A DNA stretch of 64,000 nt from Terriglobia bacterium (GTDB lineage Bacteria > Acidobacteriota > Terriglobia > 2-12-FULL-54-10), in NCBI GenBank assembly GCA_963662495.2, contig CAXVYQ010000004.1, forward strand, positions 7,331 to 71,330, written 5' to 3'. The notes under the pieces are model-generated. The model saw only the letters and a list, made by a program, of their open reading frames with translations, was not told the origin of the DNA and ran no database searches. Shown here one piece after another: positions 39,954 to 49,782 of this stretch. The position numbers and the translations under genes were made by a program. How positions within the stretch are numbered: the stretch's first letter is position 1; the number at the start of each line of letters is the position of its first letter.

Positions 39954-40814
39954 ATGACGGCTTCGACGATCTTCCTCCTCTGGATCGCGGCGTTTATTTC
40001 GCTGCTGGCCCTGGACCGCGTCCTGCCGTTGCGCCAGCGACGCCGCGCCCTGCTGCCCCGTCTGGTCGTCAACATCATGCTGGCGGCTCTGGCCTATGTC
40101 TGTGCCGCCTCACTGGTCAAGCCCGCGGCGATGGCCGCCTCCGGATGGGCCCTGCGCCAGCCGTTCGGCCTGCTGGCCTTGTTTCCGTTGTCGCTCAATG
40201 GGCAGATTGTCGTGAGCTTTCTTCTCATGGACCTGTCTTTTTACGACTGGCACCTGCTCAACCACCGTTGGCCGCTGCTCTGGCGGTTCCACAACGTCCA
40301 CCACATCGACCCGGACCTGGACATCTCCACCGCCGTCCGCTTTCATTTCATGGAGATCGTCTTCTCCACTCTGTTCCGCATCGTGCAGGTCGCCATCATC
40401 GGCATCTCCCCGGCACTCTATATCGTCTACGAGATCGCCTTTCAGGCCAGTACGCTTTTTCAGCACAGCAACGTCCGCCTGCCCATCCGCTTCGAACGCC
40501 TGCTGAACAAGGTCTTCGTCACGCCCCGCATGCACGGCATCCACCACTCCGGCATCGAGAACGAAACCCATTCCGACTTTTCCGCCGTTTTGTCCATCTG
40601 GGACCGGCTGCACGGCACCTTGCGGCTCAACGTCCCGCAGTCGCGCATCACCATCGGCATCCCGGCCTACGACCATCCCCGCGACAACACTTTCTGGAGT
40701 TGCCTTTCACTACCGTTCCGGCGCCAGCGCGATTATTTCCGTTTTGCCGACGACACGCCGGCCACCCGCGACCCCGGCGACCTCGGCCCGCGCCGCACCC
40801 ATCTGGCCGAATAA
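39954..40814 (+). CDS. Sterol desaturase / fatty acid hydroxylase family protein
   Basis: His boxes HLLNH, FHNVHH, QHSN, HGIHH and WDRLHGT. Confidence 0.9.
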   Translation: MTASTIFLLWIAAFISLLALDRVLPLRQRRRALLPRLVVNIMLAALAYVCAASLVKPAAMAASGWALRQPFGLLALFPLSLNGQIVVSFLLMDLSFYDWHLLNHRWPLLWRFHNVHHIDPDLDISTAVRFHFMEIVFSTLFRIVQVAIIGISPALYIVYEIAFQASTLFQHSNVRLPIRFERLLNKVFVTPRMHGIHHSGIENETHSDFSAVLSIWDRLHGTLRLNVPQSRITIGIPAYDHPRDNTFWSCLSLPFRRQRDYFRFADDTPATRDPGDLGPRRTHLAE

Positions 40815-40946
40815 CTGCCCACTTCATTGGATTTTCTTGAGAGAATGTCCTTGTGCTTTCCATCGGGCCGGGCAGAGAAACCATCGCTCACCCTCACTCG
40901 CCGGGCAGGTATTGACCGCACGGTTGGATTTCTTCCTGGATGAACT

Positions 40947-41393
40947 ATGTGCTACTCCGTCTACCTATCGACCGACAGCCCGGAGAACCTGGCCGACCGC
41001 AATTCCGCGCTCGTCCGATTCGATCCGGTGTCTGATCCTGCTTCGGACCCATCCATCGCGCTTCTCGCTTTTCCAAACCATTGGGAGGTGAAATCAAAGT
41101 CAGACTGCGGCTGTACCTTTCGGCATCTTCATACGTCCTCCGTCAACCTCGGTTTTTCTGAACCCGTGGACTGGTATGAGGAGGAACAGGACGGACTCGA
41201 CGCAACCCGGCAGTTATACGTGACGCTGAATGATATCTTGACCTCCGGACATCGCGTGGACCTCGTCGACCATTGGTCTGATTCCCCGGTCAGCAACATC
41301 CAGACTCTCGATGTGTCATTCGATGAAGTGGAGGAGAAGACCTTCCGCTTGTTCGAGGACCATAAGTTCCGCTTGAACAAAGCAGATGTCTAA
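40947..41393 (+). CDS. Hypothetical protein (MCY..., CGC motif)
   Basis: 148-aa ORF with protein-like composition. Confidence 0.6.
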   Translation: MCYSVYLSTDSPENLADRNSALVRFDPVSDPASDPSIALLAFPNHWEVKSKSDCGCTFRHLHTSSVNLGFSEPVDWYEEEQDGLDATRQLYVTLNDILTSGHRVDLVDHWSDSPVSNIQTLDVSFDEVEEKTFRLFEDHKFRLNKADV

Positions 41394-41609
41394 CCGTTTT
41401 GCGCTCTCTTGGAAATCATAACCGCAGCATATTCGTTTCCACTCTGCCGAAGGCCATTGTGCAGCCGGAGGCGGCGCAATGTATGCCGGAGACGGAGCAA
41501 TGTATGAAGGTGCAGGCGCAGCGACAGCGACTTCCCGCACACTCTCCCGCTTTTCCATGCAGTGTGAGCCTCGTGCAAACTTGTACCCGAGTCCCACGGC
41601 CGTGGCGAG

Positions 41610-41958
41610 GCGACTAACAGGCGTCCGAGCAACTACCCCTGCCTTACCCATTCTCCTTCTCCATCGCCTTCAGCCGCTTGGCTTGCTCCACCTTCAGTCC
41701 GCCATATTCTTTCCGCCAACGATAGTACGTTTGCACGGTGATCCCGGCTTCCTTGCACGCTTGCGGTGTCGTCTTCCCGCTTGCCACCGCCACTTCAACC
41801 TGTCTTAACACCGTTACGATCTGTTCCGGTTTGTACCTCTGCATCGGCATGTTCAATACCCTCCTCCATGAGATTCTCTCTCACTTCAGCTGGTACTAAA
41901 ATCCCCGGTCAGGTCAGCGACTAACAGGCGTCCGAGCAACTACCCCTGCCTTACCCAT
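41610..41958 (+). repeat. Exact 42-bp direct repeat flanking the IS fragment (41610-41651 and 41917-41958)
   Basis: gcgactaacaggcgtccgagcaactacccctgccttacccat occurs twice. Confidence 0.9.
41652..41916 (-). mobile_element. Truncated IS3-family element (left end and partial orfA)
   Basis: Left end TGACCTGACCGGGGATTTTAGTACCA and OrfA HTH ACKEAGITVQTYYRWRKEYGG. Confidence 0.85.
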
Positions 41959-42013
41959 GCAGAGTGAGCAGCCCCGCAAGGGGCGGTGCGAACCATTGTC
42001 TGGACGCAGTCCT
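41954..42013 (+). repeat. REP-like interspersed repeat, copy 2
   Basis: cccatgcagagtgagcagccccgcaaggggcggtgcgaaccattg...acgcagt. Confidence 0.6.
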
Positions 42014-42037
42014 ACTGCACGAAGTGGACGCAGTGCC

Positions 42038-43501
42038 CTATTGGATTTGGATTACTGCTGCATTACTACTCTGACCGCCCGACTGTATGACAACATCCGC
42101 CGGACCGGAAGGCGACAGCGACGGCACCACAACATTTAACTGGTAGAGCCCCACAAACCCCGGAGCCAACCCGGAAAACACAACCGTGGCCGGCAATCCT
42201 GCAATAGTAACCGTCGGCGGCAAAATCGTGAGTGAGAGTGGATCCGCACCAGCCGCCGATCCGCTCAATGGCGGATTGGTTACCGGGCCCACTCCGGTCG
42301 CATAGATCACGATGGTTTCCCCCGTGGTTGCCGGGTCGGAGAGTGAAATAAGCTGGTTCGTCGTGCCATGCAGAATCGCCCCGGCCGTTCCATCAACAGT
42401 AAATATTCCAGGGTAGGATGTAATGGCATCCACTTGACTGGAAGCGCTGCTGGTTCCGTCGCGATTGACTACAATATTTGCGGCACTTTGTCCGGTCGCT
42501 TCCCAGGGTACCTGCAAATTGATCTGTTCCACTCCATTCACATTAGCGACTGCAAACAACGGAGCCGGGACACCATTGACCGTAACAGACACTCCTGCAA
42601 GAGTAGTGGGAAGCGGAACGATGGTGGCCAGCGTGATCGCCGGGGCGGAGGTAAGTTTGCTCCCAAATAACGAGACAATCGACCCCGGAATCGCAACGGG
42701 CCCCTGAAAACTTGCGCCATTCACCACGCCACCATCAAAGATGAATGGCGTATCCGGACCTAACAGGTTCACCGGACCCGTATCGGCGGGATACCCGTTA
42801 TTCAGCTCATCGGTCTCCGTGATCCGCAGCAGGTCGTCCACCAATGCCACCAGATAGTACGTTCCAGCGGATAGACCTGCGGGAATGGCGATGTCCACTG
42901 GTCCGCACGTCGCGCTCGCATCCACTGCCAGCCCTTCTTCGTATACGCAGGAGCCACCGGCAAAGACATCGGATTTCTCGATTTTTTCGTCGGTGGAAAA
43001 ATAGTAGCTGAGCCGGAACCGTTCCGCATCGGCATCACCGCTGTTCCCAATCTCGGTTTCAAGAATTGCGATGGATCCACCAAGCAAGCCGGACGTCCCG
43101 GCGCTCAGGCTCGTGACATACAGATCCAGTCGTACGATCGGCACCGCACCATAGACATACTCGACGGCGTGCCGGTCCGAAGGCTGAATGTGGACAACCT
43201 CTCCCAACCCGATTGTGCTCAGCATCACGGCCGCGGACGTGATCCCATCCGGATGAGACAGCCCAATCGCATGGCCGACTTCATGCACCGCCACGCTTTG
43301 AAAATCATAGAAATCCGGATCTCCATTCGTCGCATACGGCTGGTTGGAATTGATATAGATATCGGCTTCAGCTAAACGGCAGGACGCCACGTAATAGATA
43401 ATCAACGTGGTTCCCAGGAAGCCCTCCGGCCAGCTCAGCGCCCCCAGCAGTGTCGGTGCGAACCCGATCGTGTTTCTGTCGTTGAAGATCGCCTCCGTCC
43501 C
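42038..43501 (-). pseudogene. Matrixin + CARDB + TIGR03437-like surface protease, 5' part interrupted by an IS
   Basis: HEVGHAIGLSH zinc motif, VVNGASF and LAPGFVGLYQLN. The frame is open up to the IS edge at 43501. Confidence 0.75.
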
Positions 43502-43913
43502 TGACCTGACCGGGGATTTTAGTACCAGCTGAAGTGAGAGAGAATCTCATGGAGGAGGGTATTGAACATGCCGATGCAGAGGTACAAACCGGAACAGATT
43601 GTATCGGTGTTAAGGCAGGTTGAAGTGGCGGTGGCAAGCGGGAAGACGACACCGCAAGCGTGCAAGGAAGCCGGGATCACCGTGCAGCTAAGAGATGAAT
43701 GCCTGAATGGAGAGATCTTCTACTCATTGAAGGAGGCCCAGGTGGTGGTCGAACAGTGGCGGCAGCAGTACAACACCAGAAGACCCCACTCGGCGCTCGG
43801 CTATAGGCCCCCGGCACCGGGGGCCTATAGCCCTGTCGGGAAACCGGTTTCTCGGCCTCAGATTGTGGTGTAAACTCTCTCACATCAGTTGGTACAAAAT
43901 CTCTGGCGGGTCA
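43502..43913 (+). mobile_element. Internally deleted IS3-family element (412 bp) with both ends
   Basis: TG...CA ends with imperfect IRs (TGACCTGACCGGGGATTTTAGTACCA / TGACCCGCCAGAGATTTTGTACCA). The OrfA N-terminus is fused to the OrfB C-terminus (LRDECLN...YNTRRPHSALGY). Confidence 0.9.
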
Positions 43914-44429
43914 CCGCCTTGTACCGCTTTTATGGGCACTGCGCTGGACCTGCCGGAGAATGTGAACCCAAGGCCAGCTTTTGACCTGCAACGTGATGCA
44001 TCATTCCTGGAATATGAAAGAATTCTCAGGCTGCATCTGAACGCAGACATTACAATTGAATGTCGATTTGACCCCGCCTTTTTCTGGAAAGATCAGAAAC
44101 GGTACCGAGTGGGGGAAGGCGAGGGATTCGGAAAGGACAAGTCGGCAGATGCGCGGTTGGTTATACGAAAAATTTCCGATGTCCACATCTGGAACACCCC
44201 TTTAATTGACTGACCATCGGTAGAAATCTTTTAAGTGCTTCCGCAAACAACTGTTGGCGAGCCAATTGTAACTTGTTCCGGTGGTGGTGCTCTGTAATCC
44301 AGTGTTGTTCAGCAGCGTCGGAATTCGCAGAATCTTCCCGACCGACAAAATTCTTTTCTCTTGGATGGACAGCAGCGCTGTCCTGGGATTAGAATGGCGG
44401 CAGTCAAATCATTCGCGGGAGGGGGCCCC

Positions 44430-45074
44430 ATGCCAGCCAGCAAAGCGCGGAAAATCGAGAGACTCGGAAGAATCGGAAACAATCCGCAGGAGGCGGGAGG
44501 CGGCATCGGACTCACTCTCGTTCCCGACCCGGAGACGCTTTACTCCGCATCGCTCGACACCCCGGTTGGAAAAATCACCGCCATCTGCTCCAATCGAGGG
44601 CTTCGCGCGCTGGAAACGGGCTGGGATCACGCCTCACGTAAGGTTCGCAAGATTGGCGAAAACCGAGGATTCCGATCCCGCGCCCCCCGGCCGGTTGAGG
44701 TCGGCTCTCTCAAGACTCCCGGCGCAAATTACGCGCGGCGGACCGTCCGCGAGCTCCGGGACTATTTTTCCGGAAAGCTCCGTGACTTAAACATTCCATT
44801 AGACATGCAGGGCACACCCTTCCAGAGGTCCGTCTGGCAGGCCCTGCTGACCATCCCCTATGGCGAGACCCGCTCCTATGCGGATGTTGCCCGCCTGATC
44901 GGCCATCCCCGCGCCAGCCGCGCCGTCGGTGGAGCCAACGGCTCCAACCCGGTCTCCATCATCGTTCCCTGCCACCGCGTCATCGCAAGTGATGGAAAAC
45001 TAGGTGGTTACGGTGGAGGACTGGACAGGAAAACCGTCCTGCTGGAACTCGAACAATCCCGCCCGGCCCGATAG
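44430..45074 (+). CDS. ogt: Methylated-DNA--protein-cysteine methyltransferase
   Basis: GTPFQRSVW, IPYGET.SY, RAVG, PCHRV. Confidence 0.93.
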   Translation: MPASKARKIERLGRIGNNPQEAGGGIGLTLVPDPETLYSASLDTPVGKITAICSNRGLRALETGWDHASRKVRKIGENRGFRSRAPRPVEVGSLKTPGANYARRTVRELRDYFSGKLRDLNIPLDMQGTPFQRSVWQALLTIPYGETRSYADVARLIGHPRASRAVGGANGSNPVSIIVPCHRVIASDGKLGGYGGGLDRKTVLLELEQSRPAR

Positions 45075-45092
45075 GTTTTCAGCTGTAAGTTG

Positions 45093-47300
45093 TTATTGAT
45101 AAAAGCGATAGGTGAGTTTTGCCTGTAGTGCCTGGTCCCGCCCCCTGCGCCCGTCATCCAGGTCCCGCGCAGCGTCCGTAAATACAACAAATAAATTGCT
45201 ATCCCGGCCATAAAGCAGATGGAACCGCAGCTGTGTGTTGAACGTGTCATCCAAGCTGTTCCATTGCAGGAATGAATCCACCGTCATGCGCGCCGTAATG
45301 GGAACGCTCACCCGTCCCAGCCAGAGATGGGTCTTGAAGTCCCCTTCTTTCAATGATATATCATTCAACTCGTATTCGCCTTCCAGCAAAAGATGTGGGG
45401 ATGCGCGCCAGACGCCACCCAGCTCCAGCCTCTGTAGCGTTCCGCTGAAAAACTCACCTTTCTCGAACTCCAGATTCGGCACGATCGCGCGTCCGTCAAA
45501 TCCCCAGAACGATATCTCCGCCCGTTTGAACCCATAGGAGCCGGGAGGGATGACGATGCCTTTGCGCGGGTTGATCTCGAACGGTTCATCTTCGGGCAGA
45601 CTTTCCAGATTCCGCTCGAACTCGAAGCGGATGTGGTCGCCCGATTCCAACTGGTTGTTGAATCCCATGCCCCACTCGCGGGTCTCCAGAATATTCTGCT
45701 GGCTCGTGAGATAGGAGAAACGGTTGAAGAAATTGATTCTTCTCGACCAGGGCTTGTTCAGCCGGAAGCCTTTCCGCACGAAGGCGGAGTGGCGTCGCAT
45801 GTCGTCGCGAGGAACAAAGCCGAGAGCGGGTTCGAACTCCTCTTCCACCGACAGAGTGCGCACGTTGATTCCCAGAAGATCGGTGGTGTAGTTCAGCCCG
45901 GTAGAATAAGAATAATGTTTCTCTGCTTGATCTCGGTCGTCCTCGGCGGCGAGGAAGCCTTCCCATTTCAGGTTCCGGCCCAGCCAGATCAGCGCGTCAG
46001 GTCCAACGACCTGATTGCGTTTCGCGCTGGATTGGACCGAAGTCAGGATCCCGCCGACGTAAGAACGCTGGCCGAAGTTCCATCGCAGGCGGCTGGCGCT
46101 TAAGTTCGTGCCCGGGGTCTCGCCGACCCGGTCGGTCTGGGTGGAAAGAACACCCAGGTCGAAGGCTCCGAACTTGGCCGTCATGCGGCCGCCGCCCAGA
46201 ATCGGGACCGGCGCGCGGTTTTCGAGGCCGATCCGGCGGCTGAAAAACATCTCAGCATCGTTTTCCACACCGAACTTGAACAGCTGGGCGTTTTCGAGAA
46301 AGAACTCGCGCTTTTCCGGAAAACGCAGCGAGAAGCGCGTGAGGTTGACCTGTTCCTCATCGACCTCCACCTGGGCGAAGTTGGTGTTGTAGGTGAGATC
46401 GAGCGTCATGGCGGAGGAAACAACATACTTCACGTCCCCGCCCACATCTCCCTTGGTTACCGAATCCGTTCCGGTGGTCCTCGTCCATCCGAGGGCGCTG
46501 TAGGGAATGAACTGCAGGTTCCGCTGTGGAACGATCTCTCCCAATCCGTCCAGGTGGCCATGAAACTCGTTGCGCGTCATCGAGAAGCCTTGGGGAATGG
46601 GGGCCCAGGAGGAGCTTTCATTCCTGCGCTTCAGGCTCCGAATGACGTTGAATCCCCAGGTCCCCTCGCCACCGAGAGGAAACCGCAGGATGCGGAAGGG
46701 GATCTGCATTTCGGCGCTCCAACCGTCTTCCAGCAGCCGCGTCCGGACGTCCCATACCTCGTCCCAGTCCGGATTCCAGACCCCATTATCGACGTAGGAA
46801 TCCTGCTTGGTCGCGAGCGGATTGATCGAAAAAACATAGCCGCGGCGATGATCGTGAAACGTATCCAGCATGATGCGCACCACATCGTCTTTCTGCCAGA
46901 CCGAATCGTCGCGGAACCGCAGGATATTGCGCGTGATCGCCTCCGGGTCCGAGTCCCGCAGATAGACGCCGATATAGAGGGATTCTCCGTCCCGGATCAC
47001 CCGGACTTCGGTCTGCTCGGTGGGCGGGCGGCCATAGGCCGGGTCCTGCTGCGTGAAGGAGCCGATGACCTCCGCCCCGGCCCAGACCGGGTCCGACAGA
47101 TCGCCATCCATCTCCGGCCCCGTTTCGACCTCCATGACCTGGTAGCGAAAATCCAGATGCGTCGCCTCACGGTCCCGGGCGGCAAAGGAGATATCCTGAG
47201 CGGCCAGCCTGGAGGAGGACACGGACAGAGAGACCAGAAGCGTGCTCATCAAGAAAAAAAGAGTTTGAGATCGAATCATGATGAAGCCGAATGGATACAC
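45093..47300 (-). CDS. CBM9-like + DUF5916 outer-membrane protein
   Basis: DGDLSDPVW, GWSAEMQIPF, NFAQVEVD, FPEKREFFLE, FFSRRIG. Confidence 0.85.
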   Translation of the reverse strand: MYPFGFIMIRSQTLFFLMSTLLVSLSVSSSRLAAQDISFAARDREATHLDFRYQVMEVETGPEMDGDLSDPVWAGAEVIGSFTQQDPAYGRPPTEQTEVRVIRDGESLYIGVYLRDSDPEAITRNILRFRDDSVWQKDDVVRIMLDTFHDHRRGYVFSINPLATKQDSYVDNGVWNPDWDEVWDVRTRLLEDGWSAEMQIPFRILRFPLGGEGTWGFNVIRSLKRRNESSSWAPIPQGFSMTRNEFHGHLDGLGEIVPQRNLQFIPYSALGWTRTTGTDSVTKGDVGGDVKYVVSSAMTLDLTYNTNFAQVEVDEEQVNLTRFSLRFPEKREFFLENAQLFKFGVENDAEMFFSRRIGLENRAPVPILGGGRMTAKFGAFDLGVLSTQTDRVGETPGTNLSASRLRWNFGQRSYVGGILTSVQSSAKRNQVVGPDALIWLGRNLKWEGFLAAEDDRDQAEKHYSYSTGLNYTTDLLGINVRTLSVEEEFEPALGFVPRDDMRRHSAFVRKGFRLNKPWSRRINFFNRFSYLTSQQNILETREWGMGFNNQLESGDHIRFEFERNLESLPEDEPFEINPRKGIVIPPGSYGFKRAEISFWGFDGRAIVPNLEFEKGEFFSGTLQRLELGGVWRASPHLLLEGEYELNDISLKEGDFKTHLWLGRVSVPITARMTVDSFLQWNSLDDTFNTQLRFHLLYGRDSNLFVVFTDAARDLDDGRRGRDQALQAKLTYRFYQ

Positions 47301-47468
47301 CCAACCGAAAGAGTGACCAAGGAAAATAATATATGAATTTATACGACATGCTAAAAGCGAAGAAAGTTGCCGCGGGCGGGAAATTCTTTGCCCTATGTGC
47401 AGGATAACACTCGTTTCGCTACGACCGTGGATGGGCCTCCGGAGGGAGGGGGAGGAACGGAGCGGCTG

Positions 47469-47840
47469 CTAAGCCCGGTCGCGATGAACGGTCGCGGGAG
47501 AGAAGGCAGGCAGGCAAATGGCGATATATTCGGTCGCAACGTCAGTCGAATATTGAACCCACTCCCCACGGCGGGCGATAACGGCCTCCCCGGCTTCGAC
47601 ATCCTTCCGCATATCCTTTTGGCCATCGCTATACCGCACCGTCAGCGTGCCTTTGAGCACGAGGGTAAATTCATCGAACTCAGGCCTCTGCCCCGGTTCC
47701 CGCCAACCCTCCGGACTCTGCATCCGGGCGACGCTCAACGAATCGGTTCCGCTGTTCACCCGTCCGATGAACTCATCAATGATCTTCGGCTTGTTCCCCA
47801 CCGCCGCAATCCGCGTGGGGGAAGGAATAAAAGTAGGCAA
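47469..47840 (-). CDS. Cupin domain protein (EutQ-like)
   Basis: GNKPKIIDEFIG, GWREPGQRPEFDE, C.PAFSP. TTG start with RBS AGGAG. Confidence 0.75.
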   Translation of the reverse strand: MPTFIPSPTRIAAVGNKPKIIDEFIGRVNSGTDSLSVARMQSPEGWREPGQRPEFDEFTLVLKGTLTVRYSDGQKDMRKDVEAGEAVIARRGEWVQYSTDVATEYIAICLPAFSPATVHRDRA

Positions 47841-47896
47841 TTGCTCTCTCCTGGTATTTTCTGCGGATTCTCCGGACCGCGCCAAGTGTGTTTCGG

Positions 47897-48565
47897 TCAA
47901 GCTCCCTTTGAGTAGTGGATATGATCCGGGCCCACGGCGCCTCCGGACATGATAAAGGCCATGGCGTCATCGAGCGACCATTCGGTGGAGATGACTCGGG
48001 AGAGGGGGACGATCTCCAGATAGCCCGAGGTCGGGTTCGGAGTGGTGGGCACGTAGACAGCGGCGAGCTCCTCCCCGGTATTCTCGTCCACGAAGGTCCG
48101 GGTTACCAGCCCCACGGCCTTCATCTCCGGCGTGGGGAATTCGATGAGCACGACGCGCTGCACGCCATCGGGCTTCTGCTGAAGGGCTGCGAGGAGCTTG
48201 CGCGTGGACCCATAGATGTTCTGCACCAGCGGGATGCGTTCCACAAAGCGGTTGAACAGCGACAGCGCCTGATGGCCGACGACGCGCGTGGTGGCCCAGC
48301 CGAGAACATACAGCACCAGTACAACCAGAACGAAGGCGCAGAGAGCCTGGACGCGGAAATCGAGCAGCCAGCGGCTGAGCGCGGGCGCATTGCTTGCCGC
48401 AGCCCTGGCAAGCGCGCGGACCCACGGGCCGCCGAGGGAAGCAATCAAATTGAAGAGAAAAACCAGAACCAGCCACGTAACCCACAGGGGAACGATGACG
48501 AACAGACCCGTAATGACATAGGTCCGCAGGCGGGCAACGAACGGCTTACCGGAATCAGTGGACAT
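47897..48565 (-). CDS. DUF502 membrane protein
   Basis: ITGLFVIVPL, RIPLV..IY, VPTTPNPTSG. Confidence 0.9.
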   Translation of the reverse strand: MSTDSGKPFVARLRTYVITGLFVIVPLWVTWLVLVFLFNLIASLGGPWVRALARAAASNAPALSRWLLDFRVQALCAFVLVVLVLYVLGWATTRVVGHQALSLFNRFVERIPLVQNIYGSTRKLLAALQQKPDGVQRVVLIEFPTPEMKAVGLVTRTFVDENTGEELAAVYVPTTPNPTSGYLEIVPLSRVISTEWSLDDAMAFIMSGGAVGPDHIHYSKGA

Positions 48566-48778
48566 AGGACGACCTCGCAACGGAGAGATAATCGAGAATC
48601 CGAACGCGCGGCCCTGCGAATATCAGACCGGACGCGGAATCACATCGCAATCACAACGCGATTCAAGATAACACTTGCCGCGCCGAGAAGGGAACGGCAT
48701 TCAGTCGGCATTCAAATGGAGGCGGCTCCCAACAGGACAGTGCGGGGCCGGGCCGGGGCGAGGCGGGACGCGGCACAA

Positions 48779-49681
48779 TTACCTGCCAGCCGCGTCGAGC
48801 GGAAGCTCCATGAGGGAGAGCGGATCGACCCTGGCCTCGTGCAGCCGGACAGTCCAGTGCAGGTGAGGCCCGGTAACGCGGCCGGTCGAGCCCACATCGC
48901 CTACCGCATCGCCGGCGGAAACCATCTCGCCTTCCTCGACACCGATGCGCGAAAGATGCGCGAAGAAGGAGTAGAGTCCCTGGCCGTGGTCGAGGATCAC
49001 GCAGTTGCCGGAGAAGTAGAGGTCTTCGGCCAGCACCACCCTTCCGGCGTTCGGAGACTCGACGGGAGTGCCCTCGCGGGCGCGGAAATCCGCACCGCTG
49101 TGGGGACTCCGGGGTTCGCCGTTGAAGACGCTGCGGACACCGAAGCTGCTGGTGGCCTCGCCCGGCACGGGCCGCAGGAACCCGCCGCTCCACAGCCGCT
49201 CCGGAGAGGCGGTGGAAAACATCTCCTTCATCCGGCGGCTCTCGCGCCCGATGCGCTCAAGGACCTCCGGGGGCGGCTCCACGTATTCCGGGCGGACACG
49301 CAGCGTGCGGGTGCGAAACTTTTTGTCCGCGACGCGAAGTGAGTAAGTGGCCGGGTGGGTTTGGCCGCCGGGATCGGTGAGGGTGATCTCGACCGCGTGA
49401 TCTCCGGGCTGGATCTCCAGATCGAGGCCGACCAGCCCCTCCCAGTGAGAGGCGTCGTGGGTGGGATAGAACGCCACCTCCGTGCCGAGGAAGCGGCCCG
49501 AAACGGAGCGAAGCGGGATGGCGGAGGCGACGGAGATGAGGACGGCTTCGCCGGGCTGCAGGGCACGGGCCTGATGGGTGATGGTGATGTCTGGAAGATC
49601 CTGCTGCGCGGCTGCGGCGGACGGGCCGGTTAACAGGACAGCGAGAAGAAGGCCGCGTGGAACGAGCGGCTTGCGAAGCAA
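48779..49681 (-). CDS. M23 family metallopeptidase (start approximate)
   Basis: HSGAD, DHGQG, AHLS, GPHLHW. Confidence 0.88.
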   Translation of the reverse strand: MLRKPLVPRGLLLAVLLTGPSAAAAQQDLPDITITHQARALQPGEAVLISVASAIPLRSVSGRFLGTEVAFYPTHDASHWEGLVGLDLEIQPGDHAVEITLTDPGGQTHPATYSLRVADKKFRTRTLRVRPEYVEPPPEVLERIGRESRRMKEMFSTASPERLWSGGFLRPVPGEATSSFGVRSVFNGEPRSPHSGADFRAREGTPVESPNAGRVVLAEDLYFSGNCVILDHGQGLYSFFAHLSRIGVEEGEMVSAGDAVGDVGSTGRVTGPHLHWTVRLHEARVDPLSLMELPLDAAGR

Positions 49682-49782
49682 AGGAATGTCTTTGAAGAAA
49701 CAGATTTGAGGCACGACGACCTGCTCCTGCGGCTGCCTGTGCGGCCGGAAATATCCATTCCCATTAGAACAGATTTCCGGAA

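Noticed and set aside
41610-41958. 42-bp repeats as a CRISPR array
   Set aside because: Only two copies, the intervening 265 bp is IS sequence, and there are no cas genes.
43914-44213. Independent CDS to the right of the IS
   Set aside because: No convincing ORF. Only the minus-strand stub of the protease gene is plausible.
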